Assembly (NCBI GenBank): GCA_035292445.1
Contig: DATDQB010000013.1
Span: forward strand, 7,884-71,883
Reading direction: 5' to 3'
Origin: Candidatus Omnitrophota bacterium
GTDB lineage: Bacteria > Omnitrophota > Gorgyraeia > Zapsychrales > Zapsychraceae
DNA: 64,000 bases
Shown: piece by piece, positions 17,789 to 27,312 of the stretch
Layout: each line of letters begins with the position of its first letter
How positions within the stretch are numbered: the stretch's first letter is position 1
Position numbers and translations under genes: made by a program
Notes under the pieces: model-generated
Seen by the model: only the letters and a program-made list of their open reading frames with translations
Told to the model about the DNA's origin: nothing
Database searches by the model: none

Positions 17789-18649
17789 TCAGAAAGTCCT
17801 TACGACAAATACCTGAGAATAGATTCTGGCCAATCGTGTTTTCAAACGTCTTGCCTGCTGGGCATTCTTCATCAGCGCAAAGACGGCGGGGCCGCTGCCA
17901 GAAATCATAACCCCTTGAGTATCTAGCAACTTAAGTTTCTGCTTTAACTTAAGTAGGTTGGGTTTCAGTCGAAAAATCGCCGTTTCCAAATCATTAATCA
18001 TCAAAGAGCTGAATATCTTTATATTACTAATACTTAAATTGCGGATTAGAATATTAACATTGTCACTTCTCTTTGTCAACTTGATTTTCAGAGCCCCATA
18101 AACCTTAGAGGCATACAGTTTTACGCACGGGACAACCAGTACGTGAGTGAGCCTTGTCTTGATATTTAACGGTTTGATCACATCCCCCCGCCGGGTTCCC
18201 AATGCCCAAGAAGTGTCATAGAGAAAAAACGCGACATCGCTGCCTATTTGGCGGGCCAACCGCACCAACTGAGGCGTCTTTAAATCAAGGTTCCACAAAC
18301 GATTAAGGGCCATTAAAGTCGTAGCGGCGTTACTGGAGCCGCCGGCCAAGCCAGCGGCCACCGGGATCCTTTTTTTGACACGGACCGTGACCCCTCTTTT
18401 GATCCCGTAAGTTCCTTGGACCAATTGGATGGCTTTATAAATCATATTTTTCCGGCCGGTGGGGACGTGCGGATGAAAGCAGATAATTTTAATCTTGCCG
18501 TGGCTGTTATCCGTGAACGTCAGCTCATCGCATAGATCAATGCGCTGAAAAACGGTGACGATATTGTGGAAGCCGTCAGGGCGTTTGTTTTGGACTTTCA
18601 GGAAAAGGTTCAGCTTGGCGGGCGAATTAAGCGTGATCGGCTTGGGCAT
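17789..18649 (-). CDS. ispE: 4-diphosphocytidyl-2-C-methyl-D-erythritol kinase
   Basis: SPAKLNLFL, KRIPVAAGLAGGSSNAA, GSDV, SGSGP. Confidence 0.96.
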   Translation of the reverse strand: MPKPITLNSPAKLNLFLKVQNKRPDGFHNIVTVFQRIDLCDELTFTDNSHGKIKIICFHPHVPTGRKNMIYKAIQLVQGTYGIKRGVTVRVKKRIPVAAGLAGGSSNAATTLMALNRLWNLDLKTPQLVRLARQIGSDVAFFLYDTSWALGTRRGDVIKPLNIKTRLTHVLVVPCVKLYASKVYGALKIKLTKRSDNVNILIRNLSISNIKIFSSLMINDLETAIFRLKPNLLKLKQKLKLLDTQGVMISGSGPAVFALMKNAQQARRLKTRLARIYSQVFVVRTF

Positions 18650-18662
18650 GCTAAAATGCTCG

Positions 18663-19670
18663 TTACTTTTTGTCTATCTGGCGGGCTTGAATGCTTTTTA
18701 CCTTCTCGATCTTTTCAAGGACCAGCTTCTGATCGGGCAACAATTCCAGCGACCGTTCCCAGTGTTTCAGCGCCTGGTCATATTGCCCAAGCTTGAAATA
18801 AGCGTCTCCCATATGGTCATAGATCACCGGGTCCTGCAAAGATTTATCGGCGCGGATAAACAGATCCAACGCCTTTTGATATTGTTCTTTTTGGTAATAG
18901 ACCCAGCCCAAACTATCAAGGTAGGCGCCGTTGTCGGGGCTGACCTTCAGGGCCCGGCTGATCAACCGCTCGGCCTCATCCAAATTGCGCCCATCCTCGG
19001 CGTAAAGATAGCCGAGCGTATTCAGGCTGCCGTCGTGATCGGGATTGATCTCGACCGAACGCTTTAAAAGCTCGATGGCCTTTTCTTTATCTTTCACTTC
19101 CAGATAAAGCGAACCTAACAAATAGAGGACATCGGCATTTTCAGGGTCGATCTCACGGACCTTCTCGAACTGCTCGATAGCCTGATTATATTTTTTTTGG
19201 GAGTAATACAGCTGGCCCAGATAACCGTAGATCTCGATGTTCTTGGGTTCCGCTTCCGAGAAGGATTTCAAGATGAACTCATACTCCTGGGCGGCTTTGT
19301 CATAATCTTTTTGCGTCGAATAAATCAGCGCCAGCAGATAACGGGATTGCAGGTCTTGCTCATTATATTGCCGGACCAGCCTCAATTCCGACTCGGCCTT
19401 TTCCAGCATGTCCAGGCGGGCGTAATTGGCCCCGAGGCGTAAATGGATGAGGTAGCTGGCGTCGTCGAACTGGGCCGCTTCTTCGTATTCGAGGACCGCC
19501 CTGTTGGGAAGGCCCAACAGGTCGTACATCTGGCCCATGGCATAATGGGCCAAACTTTTGGAAAAGGTCACCCGGTCCTCAGTGACAAAAGCATCAACGG
19601 GGTTGATAAAGAGAAAAATGCCCGCCATGCTTAAGCCGATCCATTTTATCCACTGTGCTATTGGTCGCAT
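18663..19670 (-). CDS. Exported tetratricopeptide-repeat protein
   Basis: N-terminal signal/TM segment; multiple TPRs with LNTLGY..YLDSLGWVYY..DHMGDAY. Confidence 0.88.
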   Translation of the reverse strand: MRPIAQWIKWIGLSMAGIFLFINPVDAFVTEDRVTFSKSLAHYAMGQMYDLLGLPNRAVLEYEEAAQFDDASYLIHLRLGANYARLDMLEKAESELRLVRQYNEQDLQSRYLLALIYSTQKDYDKAAQEYEFILKSFSEAEPKNIEIYGYLGQLYYSQKKYNQAIEQFEKVREIDPENADVLYLLGSLYLEVKDKEKAIELLKRSVEINPDHDGSLNTLGYLYAEDGRNLDEAERLISRALKVSPDNGAYLDSLGWVYYQKEQYQKALDLFIRADKSLQDPVIYDHMGDAYFKLGQYDQALKHWERSLELLPDQKLVLEKIEKVKSIQARQIDKK

Positions 19671-19692
19671 GGTCAATTAACGCGAGAAAAGC

Positions 19693-19794
19693 TTATTTCC
19701 AGTCTCGCTTCTTCAAGTGTCGCAAAGATTTTCTAAGCTTCTTCCTCTTATGCGTCCTGATCTTTCTTCTTTTTCTTTTTCTGCCACACGGCAT
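19693..19794 (-). CDS. 30S ribosomal protein bS22-like (AURKAIP1/COX24 domain), 33 aa
   Basis: Hand translation MPCGRKRKRRKIRTHKRKKLRKSLRHLKKRDWK; AAGGTG RBS upstream; fits the MPxGxKRKRxKxxxHKRKK pattern; below the ORF-track cutoff. Confidence 0.85.
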   Translation of the reverse strand: MPCGRKRKRRKIRTHKRKKLRKSLRHLKKRDWK

Positions 19795-19809
19795 AGTGAC
19801 TCACCTTTG

Positions 19810-20694
19810 TTAGTCGATGATCTTGTTTAACGAATATTCAATAATCCCCTCGGCGCCGGCGCTTTTCAGCTTAGGAATGAGCGTGCGCACCGTCCCTTCA
19901 TCGATCACCGTTTCAACGGCCACCCATTTCTCATCCGCCAAGTGGGAGATCGTCGGGTTCTTTAAAGACGGCAAAAGACCCAAGACTTTCTTGATATTTT
20001 TCTTCTGAAGGTTCATCTTTAAGCCGACCATATTGTTCGCTCTGATGGCCCCTTGCAGCAGCATGCAGATCTGCTCCATCTTGGCTTTCTTCCAGGCATC
20101 CTTAAGCGCATCTTTATTGGCGATGAACTGGGTCACCGATTCACAAACGGTATCCACGATCTTTAACTTGTGCGCGCGCAGGCTGCTGCCCGTTTCCGTC
20201 AATTCGACAACGGCATCAACTAATCCGTCGGCGACCTTGGCCTCGGTCGCGCCCCAGCTGAACTCGACTTCCGCCTTCACTTTGTTCTTCTTTAAATAAT
20301 TTTTCGTGACCGCGACCAGCTCGGTGGCGATGCGTTTTCCCTGCAGATCTTTAATGGACTTGATCGCCGCCTTTTCCGGAACGGCCAACACCCACCTGAC
20401 CTTCACCGCGCTTTGCTTGGCATACACGAGATCAGCCAAAGCGGCGACATCGGAGTTGTTTTCACCGACCCAATCCGAGCCGGTCAGCCCGCAATCCAGC
20501 GTGCCGTCTTCGACATAACGCGACATCTCCTGCGCCCGCAGAAGGATCGGCTCAATCTCGACGTCATCAATGGTGGGAAAATACGAACGGCTGGAAATGA
20601 ATATCTTGAAGCCCGCCCGCTCAAACACCTTGAAGGTGGCATCCTGTAAGCTGCCTTTCGGCAAGCCCAATCTTAATTTTCTCGAACTTTTCAT
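19810..20694 (-). CDS. hisG: ATP phosphoribosyltransferase (long form)
   Basis: [27 protein letters not shown]-terminal regulatory domain with PTIS..GAEGIIE. Confidence 0.97.
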   Translation of the reverse strand: MKSSRKLRLGLPKGSLQDATFKVFERAGFKIFISSRSYFPTIDDVEIEPILLRAQEMSRYVEDGTLDCGLTGSDWVGENNSDVAALADLVYAKQSAVKVRWVLAVPEKAAIKSIKDLQGKRIATELVAVTKNYLKKNKVKAEVEFSWGATEAKVADGLVDAVVELTETGSSLRAHKLKIVDTVCESVTQFIANKDALKDAWKKAKMEQICMLLQGAIRANNMVGLKMNLQKKNIKKVLGLLPSLKNPTISHLADEKWVAVETVIDEGTVRTLIPKLKSAGAEGIIEYSLNKIID

Positions 20695-20748
20695 CGTTTT
20701 TTACGCCTTAATGTCTTTAATTCAATAAACTTAAGAAAAAGTGAAATT

Positions 20749-20777
20749 ATTATAACGACTGCCCCTTCTCTTGTAAA
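20749..20777 (-). promoter_or_regulatory. Putative sigma70 promoter for hisG
   Basis: TTTACA-N17-TATAAT on the minus strand. Confidence 0.65.
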
Positions 20778-20881
20778 GATAATTCATTTTACCCTTTAAG
20801 TATAGGCATAGATAAAAGCTAAATCAAGAACCCAAAAGACATTTTCTGTTGGGGGCGCAGATTCAAGCCTTGGAAAAACAC

Positions 20882-20910
20882 TTGTCAAAGGGCGGTTTCA
20901 TGGATATAAT
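20882..20910 (+). promoter_or_regulatory. Putative sigma70 promoter for the divergent SurA/PpiD-like gene
   Basis: TTGTCA-N17-TATAAT, 35 nt before the ATG at 20946. Confidence 0.7.
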
Positions 20911-20945
20911 CAACCACAAATTTCCTAAACACTTGGGGTATCTGA

Positions 20946-22484
20946 ATGCTTAAAATCCTGCGCAGAAAAGGCGTCGCCAAAAAAATCCTTTGGTTCATTG
21001 CGGTTGTCATCATCATCTCTTTCGGGTTTTTCGGCACCGCCTATCTCTTGACAGGCACCCAACAGACCTCCTACGCCGGCACCCTCTTCGGCAAGAACGT
21101 CAGTTTTCAGGAATTTGAAAAAGCCTACCGCGACGTGCGCGTCCAGGCGCTCATCCGCTACGGGGACCAATTCAACGACTACATCCAGTACCGTAACTTG
21201 GACGCCGATACGTGGGACCGGCTGATCCTGCTTTATGAGGCCAACCGACGGAGGATCGCTATCAAGGACGAGGACGTCATCAATACCGTCAAGCAATACG
21301 GCTTCTTCCAGCGGGACGGCCAATTCGACTCCCTGCTATACCGCGACATTGTCCGCTACATTTTCAAGATAGAGCCGCGCGAATTTGAAGAAAGCATCCG
21401 CAAGTCCCTTAAGCTCAGCCGCCTCTTCATCGAGGAGACTTTTACCGCCAACGTATTAGAGGAAGATATCCGCCAAGAGTTCAAGAAACAAAACGAAAAG
21501 GTCCAGGCAAGCTACGTCTTTATCTCACCCGACACCTATAAAAGCGAGGTCTCCTATAACGAGGAAGAGGCCAAAGCCTATTATGAAGAGCATAAATTCG
21601 ATTTCGGCGTCCCCTCAAGCATCAATGTCGAATATATCCAATTGCCCTTTGCCTTTAACGAAGATTCCCTTACGACCTCCGCTACCGCGACCGCGGAAGA
21701 CGCAACCCCCGAACAGCTCGAGGAGAAAAAGAAGACCGCTGAACTGGCCGCAATCATTTATGAAGAGCTGAAAACCAACCCCAACATGGCCGAGGCGGCC
21801 CAGGCCCATGGCCTAACGGCCCAATCGTCCGGCTTTTTCAGCATGGAAAACCCCAACCTCGGCATGGGCATGTCCTACGAGCTTCTCAAGCGCCTGTTCG
21901 AGTTAGACGCGCAGGAGATCAGCGAACCTTACGAAACATCGAACGGTTATTTTATCGCCAAGGTCACGGAGAAAAAAGAAGCGTATGTCCCCGAATACGA
22001 AGAGGCCCAGGAAAAGGTCAAAGATGCCGTCCTGAGAAACGCCGCGATGGACATTACCAAGAAAAAAGCCGAGGAATTGCTGGCAGCGCTCAAAGTTGAA
22101 TACCAAAAAACGCTTCCCTATGATTTCGCCAATGCCGCCAAAGCGCTGGGGCTTGAACTGGACCAGACGCCGGTCTTTAAACGTGGGCAATACCTGCCCG
22201 CTATCGGCATTTCCAAAGCCTTTCAGGAAGCCGCCTTCGCCCTGACGCAAGAGAACAAGATCAGCGACGTCATTGAAGAGCCCAACGGCTTTTACATTTT
22301 ACACCTGGACGGCTACACCGCCGCCACTGAAGAGGAATACGAACAGCTTAAAGACGAGATCGCGCAGGTCCTTCTGGACCGAGAACGAAACGAGATCTTC
22401 AGCGAATTCCTCTCCCGCCTGCGGCTTGAATCCAACCTGATCGACAACATCTCGGCTTTGAAACAGCAGGCCCAAAGCCAGTAA
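20946..22484 (+). CDS. SurA N-terminal domain / PpiD-like membrane-anchored periplasmic chaperone
   Basis: N-terminal TM (ILWFIAVVIIISFGFFG), FQRDGQFD..Y, parvulin-like remnants (ISEPYETSNGYFI, ISDVIEEPNGFYI). Confidence 0.8.
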   Translation: MLKILRRKGVAKKILWFIAVVIIISFGFFGTAYLLTGTQQTSYAGTLFGKNVSFQEFEKAYRDVRVQALIRYGDQFNDYIQYRNLDADTWDRLILLYEANRRRIAIKDEDVINTVKQYGFFQRDGQFDSLLYRDIVRYIFKIEPREFEESIRKSLKLSRLFIEETFTANVLEEDIRQEFKKQNEKVQASYVFISPDTYKSEVSYNEEEAKAYYEEHKFDFGVPSSINVEYIQLPFAFNEDSLTTSATATAEDATPEQLEEKKKTAELAAIIYEELKTNPNMAEAAQAHGLTAQSSGFFSMENPNLGMGMSYELLKRLFELDAQEISEPYETSNGYFIAKVTEKKEAYVPEYEEAQEKVKDAVLRNAAMDITKKKAEELLAALKVEYQKTLPYDFANAAKALGLELDQTPVFKRGQYLPAIGISKAFQEAAFALTQENKISDVIEEPNGFYILHLDGYTAATEEEYEQLKDEIAQVLLDRERNEIFSEFLSRLRLESNLIDNISALKQQAQSQ

Positions 22485-22494
22485 GTCCCCTTGA

Positions 22495-22998
22495 TTATTT
22501 CTGGGCGAGGATCTTCTCATAATCGGAAGGGATCTCGTGTTCGACGGCCTTGATGACGCCGTCTTTATTGAGGAAGAAGAAGGTGGGAACCCCGACGATG
22601 CCGAAATTCTCGGCTATCGATTGGTCTTCATCAAGAAAGACCTCATAATCGATTCTGTTCTTGTCCATATAGCCCTTGACCTGCTGGGCGTTCTCCTGAA
22701 TGTCGACCAAGATGATCTTAATGCCCTTTTGCGTTAACTCTTGCTTTTTCTCGGCCAGCTCTTTCAGTTGCTTGCGGCAATGCGGGCACCACGTCGCCCA
22801 AAAGAAAATGATGGCGCTTTGGCCGTCGCGGAACTGGCTCATCGAGATCTTGCCGCTGTTTAAGGTGCTGGCGGTAAAATCAGGCGCCTGTTTGCCGACC
22901 AGCGGGTTCTCGAAAACGAAAAACTGGGCCTGCGCCGGCGCGGCGAAGAGCATCGCGGAACAAATAATTAAACCTGTGGTTTGTTTGAACGTCATCAT
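22495..22998 (-). CDS. TlpA/ResA-like exported thiol-disulfide oxidoreductase
   Basis: APDF, FWATWCPHC, GVPT cis-Pro motif; signal peptide. Confidence 0.9.
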   Translation of the reverse strand: MMTFKQTTGLIICSAMLFAAPAQAQFFVFENPLVGKQAPDFTASTLNSGKISMSQFRDGQSAIIFFWATWCPHCRKQLKELAEKKQELTQKGIKIILVDIQENAQQVKGYMDKNRIDYEVFLDEDQSIAENFGIVGVPTFFFLNKDGVIKAVEHEIPSDYEKILAQK

Positions 22999-23002
22999 GC
23001 GT

Positions 23003-23323
23003 TTACTTATCCTTTGTTGACTTACCAATCCAACGAAGATAGGGATTATACCCTTTTATAATCGGTAACGCAATGATTTCGGGCACATCATAAGTATGCA
23101 ACGCTTTTACCGCCTTGGCCAACTTGCCGAATAAACCACGCTTGGTCTTTAAAAGAAGCAGCGCCTCTTTCGATCCATCGATCTTGCCATCCCACCAGAA
23201 AAGCGATTGAACGTTTTCCACGATATTGGCGCAGGCGATCAATTTTTCTTTGAGGAGTTTCTTGGCGATCGCCTTCGCCTGCCGCTTGTCTTTCGCCGTC
23301 ACCAGAACAACGATGTACATCAC
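23003..23323 (-). CDS. cutA: Divalent-cation tolerance protein CutA
   Basis: LIACANI, SLFWWDG, HTYDVPEII. Confidence 0.95.
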   Translation of the reverse strand: MMYIVVLVTAKDKRQAKAIAKKLLKEKLIACANIVENVQSLFWWDGKIDGSKEALLLLKTKRGLFGKLAKAVKALHTYDVPEIIALPIIKGYNPYLRWIGKSTKDK

Positions 23324-23340
23324 CGCGCCTCCAAATATAA

Positions 23341-24051
23341 TCAGGATTTTATCATCATTAAAGATATCATTCTACCGGCTTTTCCCTTTTCTCTGCGGTG
23401 GGAAAAACAGTTTTCATCCGCATACGTGCATACGCCGCAATCGTAAACATTTTTCTCGGTAACGCCTTGGGACAGGAGCTCTTTCCTGTTAGCCTGGACC
23501 AGATCCAGATAAAGGCAATCGTTCTTCTCGATAAAATCATTGGGGAAATACTCCTTGAACTCCTCCCCCACTTCATAATGCTGTGCGCGGATAGCGGGGC
23601 CGAAAGCGACCCTTAAATCCGCCGAGCGCGTGGCGAACTGATTTTTCATCACGATCATGACATTCTTGAGGATATGAAGATACGTGCTCTTCCATCCGCA
23701 ATGGGCGATGGCGATGGCCTCGTGCGCCGGATCATACAAAAAAACCGGCAAACAATCCGCTGTCCTGATGACAATCGCCAAATTTTTCTGGTTGGTCACC
23801 AAGGCATCCGCTTCTTCAACCGCATCAAGTTTGGACAATTTGTTTTTGCTTGCGATAACGACCCGGTCGCCATGGACCTGATGGATGTTAACCACATCCG
23901 TCAAGCTGACCGGCAACTCGGCATTTAAGGCTTGGCGTTGTTGTTGGCTTAATTGATAACTTCCCGGTGGGAAAGCGTAATTGACCGAGCGGTCCGAAGT
24001 GTACGCCAGAATATGGGCTGGGAAAACGTCTTTAAACAACAGCATCATCAT
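23341..24051 (-). CDS. pgeF: Peptidoglycan editing factor / purine nucleoside phosphorylase PgeF (YfiH)
   Basis: QVHG, ADALVT, RTADCLP, AHCGW, GPAI, FSHRR..GRM; start approximate. Confidence 0.92.
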   Translation of the reverse strand: MMMLLFKDVFPAHILAYTSDRSVNYAFPPGSYQLSQQQRQALNAELPVSLTDVVNIHQVHGDRVVIASKNKLSKLDAVEEADALVTNQKNLAIVIRTADCLPVFLYDPAHEAIAIAHCGWKSTYLHILKNVMIVMKNQFATRSADLRVAFGPAIRAQHYEVGEEFKEYFPNDFIEKNDCLYLDLVQANRKELLSQGVTEKNVYDCGVCTYADENCFSHRREKGKAGRMISLMMIKS

Positions 24052-25174
24052 CAACAGGCTCTGGCGAGAGATCAATCAATATATCATCGGATTCAACCGG
24101 AGAAAGCTTCTTACCCTTCTTATAGTCTTCGATATGACGGATTTTTGCATCCAGATTCTTGAAACTTTTCGTTTTGACGTCTTCATAGGTTTCTTCCAGC
24201 TTTCCGATAGATTCACCCAACTTCTCAAACCTTGTCTTGAAACCCTCGTAATAACGGCTGAACTGATCGATAAGCTGAATGATTTTTTTAATGTCTTTCT
24301 CAAAACGAAAATGCTCATAAGCCTGACGGATAATACAAAGCATCGCATAGAGCGTAAATGGTGAACATAGAACAACCTTTTGTTTGAGAGCCTCATCCAT
24401 CAACCCCGGCATTTGATCCTGAATGAAGCCAAAAACCTGCTCATTGGGAATAAAAAGAAGCACGAAATCCAAAGTGTTCTCTTGAGGATTGATATAATCG
24501 CGACCTTGGATTTCCTTGATGCGGTCTTTGACGTTACGCTCAAAATCTTTTAAATATCGTTCTTTCAAAGAAACATCCCCGATATTGACCATATTAAGAT
24601 AATTATCAAGAGGGAATTTCACATCCATGTTAATAATGTGCTCATCGGGCAATAGAAACGTATAGTCGGGCTTGGTGGTTGTGGTGGATAGTTTAGTTTG
24701 TTTACGATAATTGACACCTTCGATAAGCCCGGCATAGCGGATGATGTCCTCCGCCATACGCTCCCCCCACTGGCCGCGCAGTTTCACATTACCCAATATA
24801 TTATTTAGTTTATTGGTAGTTTCTTGAAGATTAAGAGTTGTCTTGTTCGCATTTTTAAGTTCGTACTCCAAATTACCATATTTTTGCTGCCGATCCCTTT
24901 CGAAGTCATGGACCATCTTCTTATATTTCTCCAGCTCTTCTTTTAATTGATCAATACTTGATGTGATAGCCTGTTTCTTTGTTTCCAGTTCTCCCGTTGC
25001 TTTGCTTTGATCGGTTGCGAATTGCTGCTTAGCGAGTTGTAAAAACTGCTCCTGGCTGCTTCTGACTTCGTGGGCAATTTGCCTTTTCATTAAGTTAAAA
25101 ATGGCAAAAAACACGGTGAACAAAACTCCGGCGATAACAAAACTGGCAATACCGATCCATAAAACATTATCCAT
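24032..25174 (-). CDS. rmuC: DNA recombination protein RmuC
   Basis: N-terminal TM plus coiled coil, RGQWGE, PD..DVKFP, DFVLLFIPNE. Confidence 0.93.
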   Translation of the reverse strand: MDNVLWIGIASFVIAGVLFTVFFAIFNLMKRQIAHEVRSSQEQFLQLAKQQFATDQSKATGELETKKQAITSSIDQLKEELEKYKKMVHDFERDRQQKYGNLEYELKNANKTTLNLQETTNKLNNILGNVKLRGQWGERMAEDIIRYAGLIEGVNYRKQTKLSTTTTKPDYTFLLPDEHIINMDVKFPLDNYLNMVNIGDVSLKERYLKDFERNVKDRIKEIQGRDYINPQENTLDFVLLFIPNEQVFGFIQDQMPGLMDEALKQKVVLCSPFTLYAMLCIIRQAYEHFRFEKDIKKIIQLIDQFSRYYEGFKTRFEKLGESIGKLEETYEDVKTKSFKNLDAKIRHIEDYKKGKKLSPVESDDILIDLSPEPVDDDAVV

Positions 25175-25189
25175 AAGACTTTCCTTAAC

Positions 25190-25348
25190 TTATTTCTTAT
25201 CCTGAAGCAATTTGATGATTTTTTCAAGCCGTGAGGTGATAACGATTGGGACGAAAATGATCCAGGCCAGCAAAAACACCTTAAGGCCAAAATACATGAT
25301 GCTGTCAGATAAACCCATTTGCATATAGTGCATATTACAAGCTAACAT
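25190..25348 (-). CDS. Small single-pass membrane protein (52 aa)
   Basis: MLACNMHYMQMGLSDSIMYFGLKVFLLAWIIFVPIVITSRLEKIIKLLQDKK; AAGGAG RBS; own promoter at 25385-25413. Confidence 0.7.
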   Translation of the reverse strand: MLACNMHYMQMGLSDSIMYFGLKVFLLAWIIFVPIVITSRLEKIIKLLQDKK

Positions 25349-25384
25349 AGGATCTCCTTGTGATGTGGGTTGCTATTTGTTACC

Positions 25385-25413
25385 AGTATAAGCCTCGCCG
25401 CAAAAAATGTAAA
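25385..25413 (-). promoter_or_regulatory. Putative sigma70 promoter
   Basis: TTTACA-N17-TATACT on the minus strand. Confidence 0.6.
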
Positions 25414-25430
25414 GCGCCTTGTGGGGCGCC

Positions 25431-26009
25431 CTATTGGTTTTTTGCCTGCTCCCGCTTGAGATCGTTAAGTAGTTTATAACGGTAGTGCTCATCAGCCACC
25501 GGGTCGGCGATCTTCCACATGTCCTTCTCGCTCAAAGGATACGCCAAATAAGGGGCCGCGAGCATGACCGCGTTCGCGTAATAAAACGAATCAGATATAT
25601 GGGCGGATCCCAAAATGAGGATGAACTCCGCGGCTGTCAGCTTAAAACCGGCCCCGCTCACCATGTCGATCACCATATTCTTCGCCTTCATATCATCCTC
25701 GATGCCGGCAACGGCCTCCGCCATGGATTGAATGATCTCCTCCCGGGACAAACTTTTCCTGGCAAGGCCTGAAACCTGGCGGGAAGAAAACTCGAAACTG
25801 ACGATGCCGCTATTTTCATCCGCCATGAGCTCATCGGCATCCTTGCTCAACTGGGTCGGCGCAGTGGGTTGGTTATTTTTTACGGCGCCGCTCTCAACGG
25901 TCACGCTGATCACTTCTTTGCGCTTCTCGCAACCGATAAGGCTGATGGATAGAAAGCTGGTTATCATAATCAAAAAAATAAAAGAGTATTTAGAATGTTT
26001 GAACATCAT
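25431..26009 (-). CDS. Hypothetical lipoprotein
   Basis: Hydrophobic signal ending in lipobox LIGC; AGGAGG RBS; no family recognised. Confidence 0.7.
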   Translation of the reverse strand: MMFKHSKYSFIFLIMITSFLSISLIGCEKRKEVISVTVESGAVKNNQPTAPTQLSKDADELMADENSGIVSFEFSSRQVSGLARKSLSREEIIQSMAEAVAGIEDDMKAKNMVIDMVSGAGFKLTAAEFILILGSAHISDSFYYANAVMLAAPYLAYPLSEKDMWKIADPVADEHYRYKLLNDLKREQAKNQ

Positions 26010-26050
26010 CTCTTCCTCCTTATTGTCATAGGAAAACTGGTGTCCCCCAT

Positions 26051-27133
26051 TTATTTCAGGAATTGCTTATCTTTCAAAAAAAGCACCATGTGCGCCATGG
26101 CATCGCTGTTCTCGGCGGATTTATTATCATAGGTACTGACCAGTTCGTATTCATGGTCTTTATAGATCGGGATGCCTTCGACACTCGAGAAGTACTCAAC
26201 CCGCTCAAGCCCCAGCCGGTCCCGGTGATTCTGGGCATGGCTTCTGAAAAGTTCTTTGCCCTCGGTCCGATCAACCAGGGCCAAGGACTCGGCAAAGGGA
26301 TGCAGATGCACTTCTATATAGTGAATGGTCGTGTCATATTGGAGCTTCAAATTCTCCGTGATCGAGGTGGAGTTAATCTCCCGGCCGGATTTGACGACCC
26401 AATGCCCGGTGAATTCGTTGCCGTTGATATCCTTATAGATGCCGTTCAAGGCCGCCTGTCCCAGGGAACAGCCGGGCCCGTGAGCAGCCGGATCGGGATT
26501 GACCACCTTGTAATAAGGCGTGTCCCCCTTCACCAATACCAAAACCTGAGCGGCCGTTGTGTACAAGGGCACCAGAGGTTTTCTAAGATCGCTGTCGCGC
26601 ACGTAATCGATCGTGACCTTGTGCCTGAGGCGTTTGTCGGGATTGTTGATATTAAGATTCAACGCTTGCGTCATCATGGACAGGGGTTCATTGGCCCTGA
26701 CGGGGATGCCGAAACCTTTCGGCAGTATCATCGTGTATTGCCCTTGGGAAAGCGTCACGATCCGCGGGAAGGAAATGGAAACATTGCCCGACCACAGCTT
26801 GCGGCTGTTTAGGTCAAAATTCAGGTTCGTATGGCACATAAAGTCGTTGGAGGTGGGTGTCGCGCCGTCGGCTTCGACCATCTGGACCCGCATCCCTGTG
26901 ATCCATAACAGTTCATCATCATTTTCATCACCCAAGAGAAACGATTCCGTGCTCGAGGGCCCCTGCATGGACTTGTAGATCCTGTCGATATGATACGCCG
27001 GCGAAACATAATCGTAGGTCAGCTTCGCGTCCGCAACGTCTTTTTTGGAGACATACGCAACAAATCGGCTTATTGAAAATACCAGTGCGCCGAGGGCCAA
27101 AGCCAACAGGAATATTTTGAAATGCTTGGACAT
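26051..27133 (-). CDS. Exported protein with a copper type II monooxygenase (PHM-like) C-terminal motif
   Basis: N-terminal TM; IHYIEVHLHP (HxH) and distal YDN..DAMAHM resembling the CuM H-x-H..M site. Confidence 0.55.
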   Translation of the reverse strand: MSKHFKIFLLALALGALVFSISRFVAYVSKKDVADAKLTYDYVSPAYHIDRIYKSMQGPSSTESFLLGDENDDELLWITGMRVQMVEADGATPTSNDFMCHTNLNFDLNSRKLWSGNVSISFPRIVTLSQGQYTMILPKGFGIPVRANEPLSMMTQALNLNINNPDKRLRHKVTIDYVRDSDLRKPLVPLYTTAAQVLVLVKGDTPYYKVVNPDPAAHGPGCSLGQAALNGIYKDINGNEFTGHWVVKSGREINSTSITENLKLQYDTTIHYIEVHLHPFAESLALVDRTEGKELFRSHAQNHRDRLGLERVEYFSSVEGIPIYKDHEYELVSTYDNKSAENSDAMAHMVLFLKDKQFLK

Positions 27134-27208
27134 TTTATTTCACTTCCCCTGCTCTATTTTTTATATTTGCCACAAAGGCGCCGAGCTTGGCGGCAAAAAA
27201 AGAAAAAA

Positions 27209-27291
27209 AAGGGGGGCAGGACACTGAGAGGGGACAGGGTGATTAAATATAGAATTTAGGGGCTGTCCCTTGGGAGTGTCCTGTCCCCTTC
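27209..27291. repeat. Nested palindromic element (left copy)
   Basis: Outer arms GGGGCAGGACACT/AGTGTCCTGTCCCC, inner arms GGGACAG/CTGTCCC; 27264-27291 matches the reverse complement of 28586-28613 at 27/28. Confidence 0.85.
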
Positions 27292-27312
27292 TCCTACTGG
27301 TGACTGAGCGGG

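Noticed and set aside
26063-26812. Long plus-strand ORFs in the track (e.g. 26063-26812, 30677-31390, 43346-44074, 3397-4020)
   Set aside because: They are antisense shadows of well-supported minus-strand genes with no recognisable motifs.
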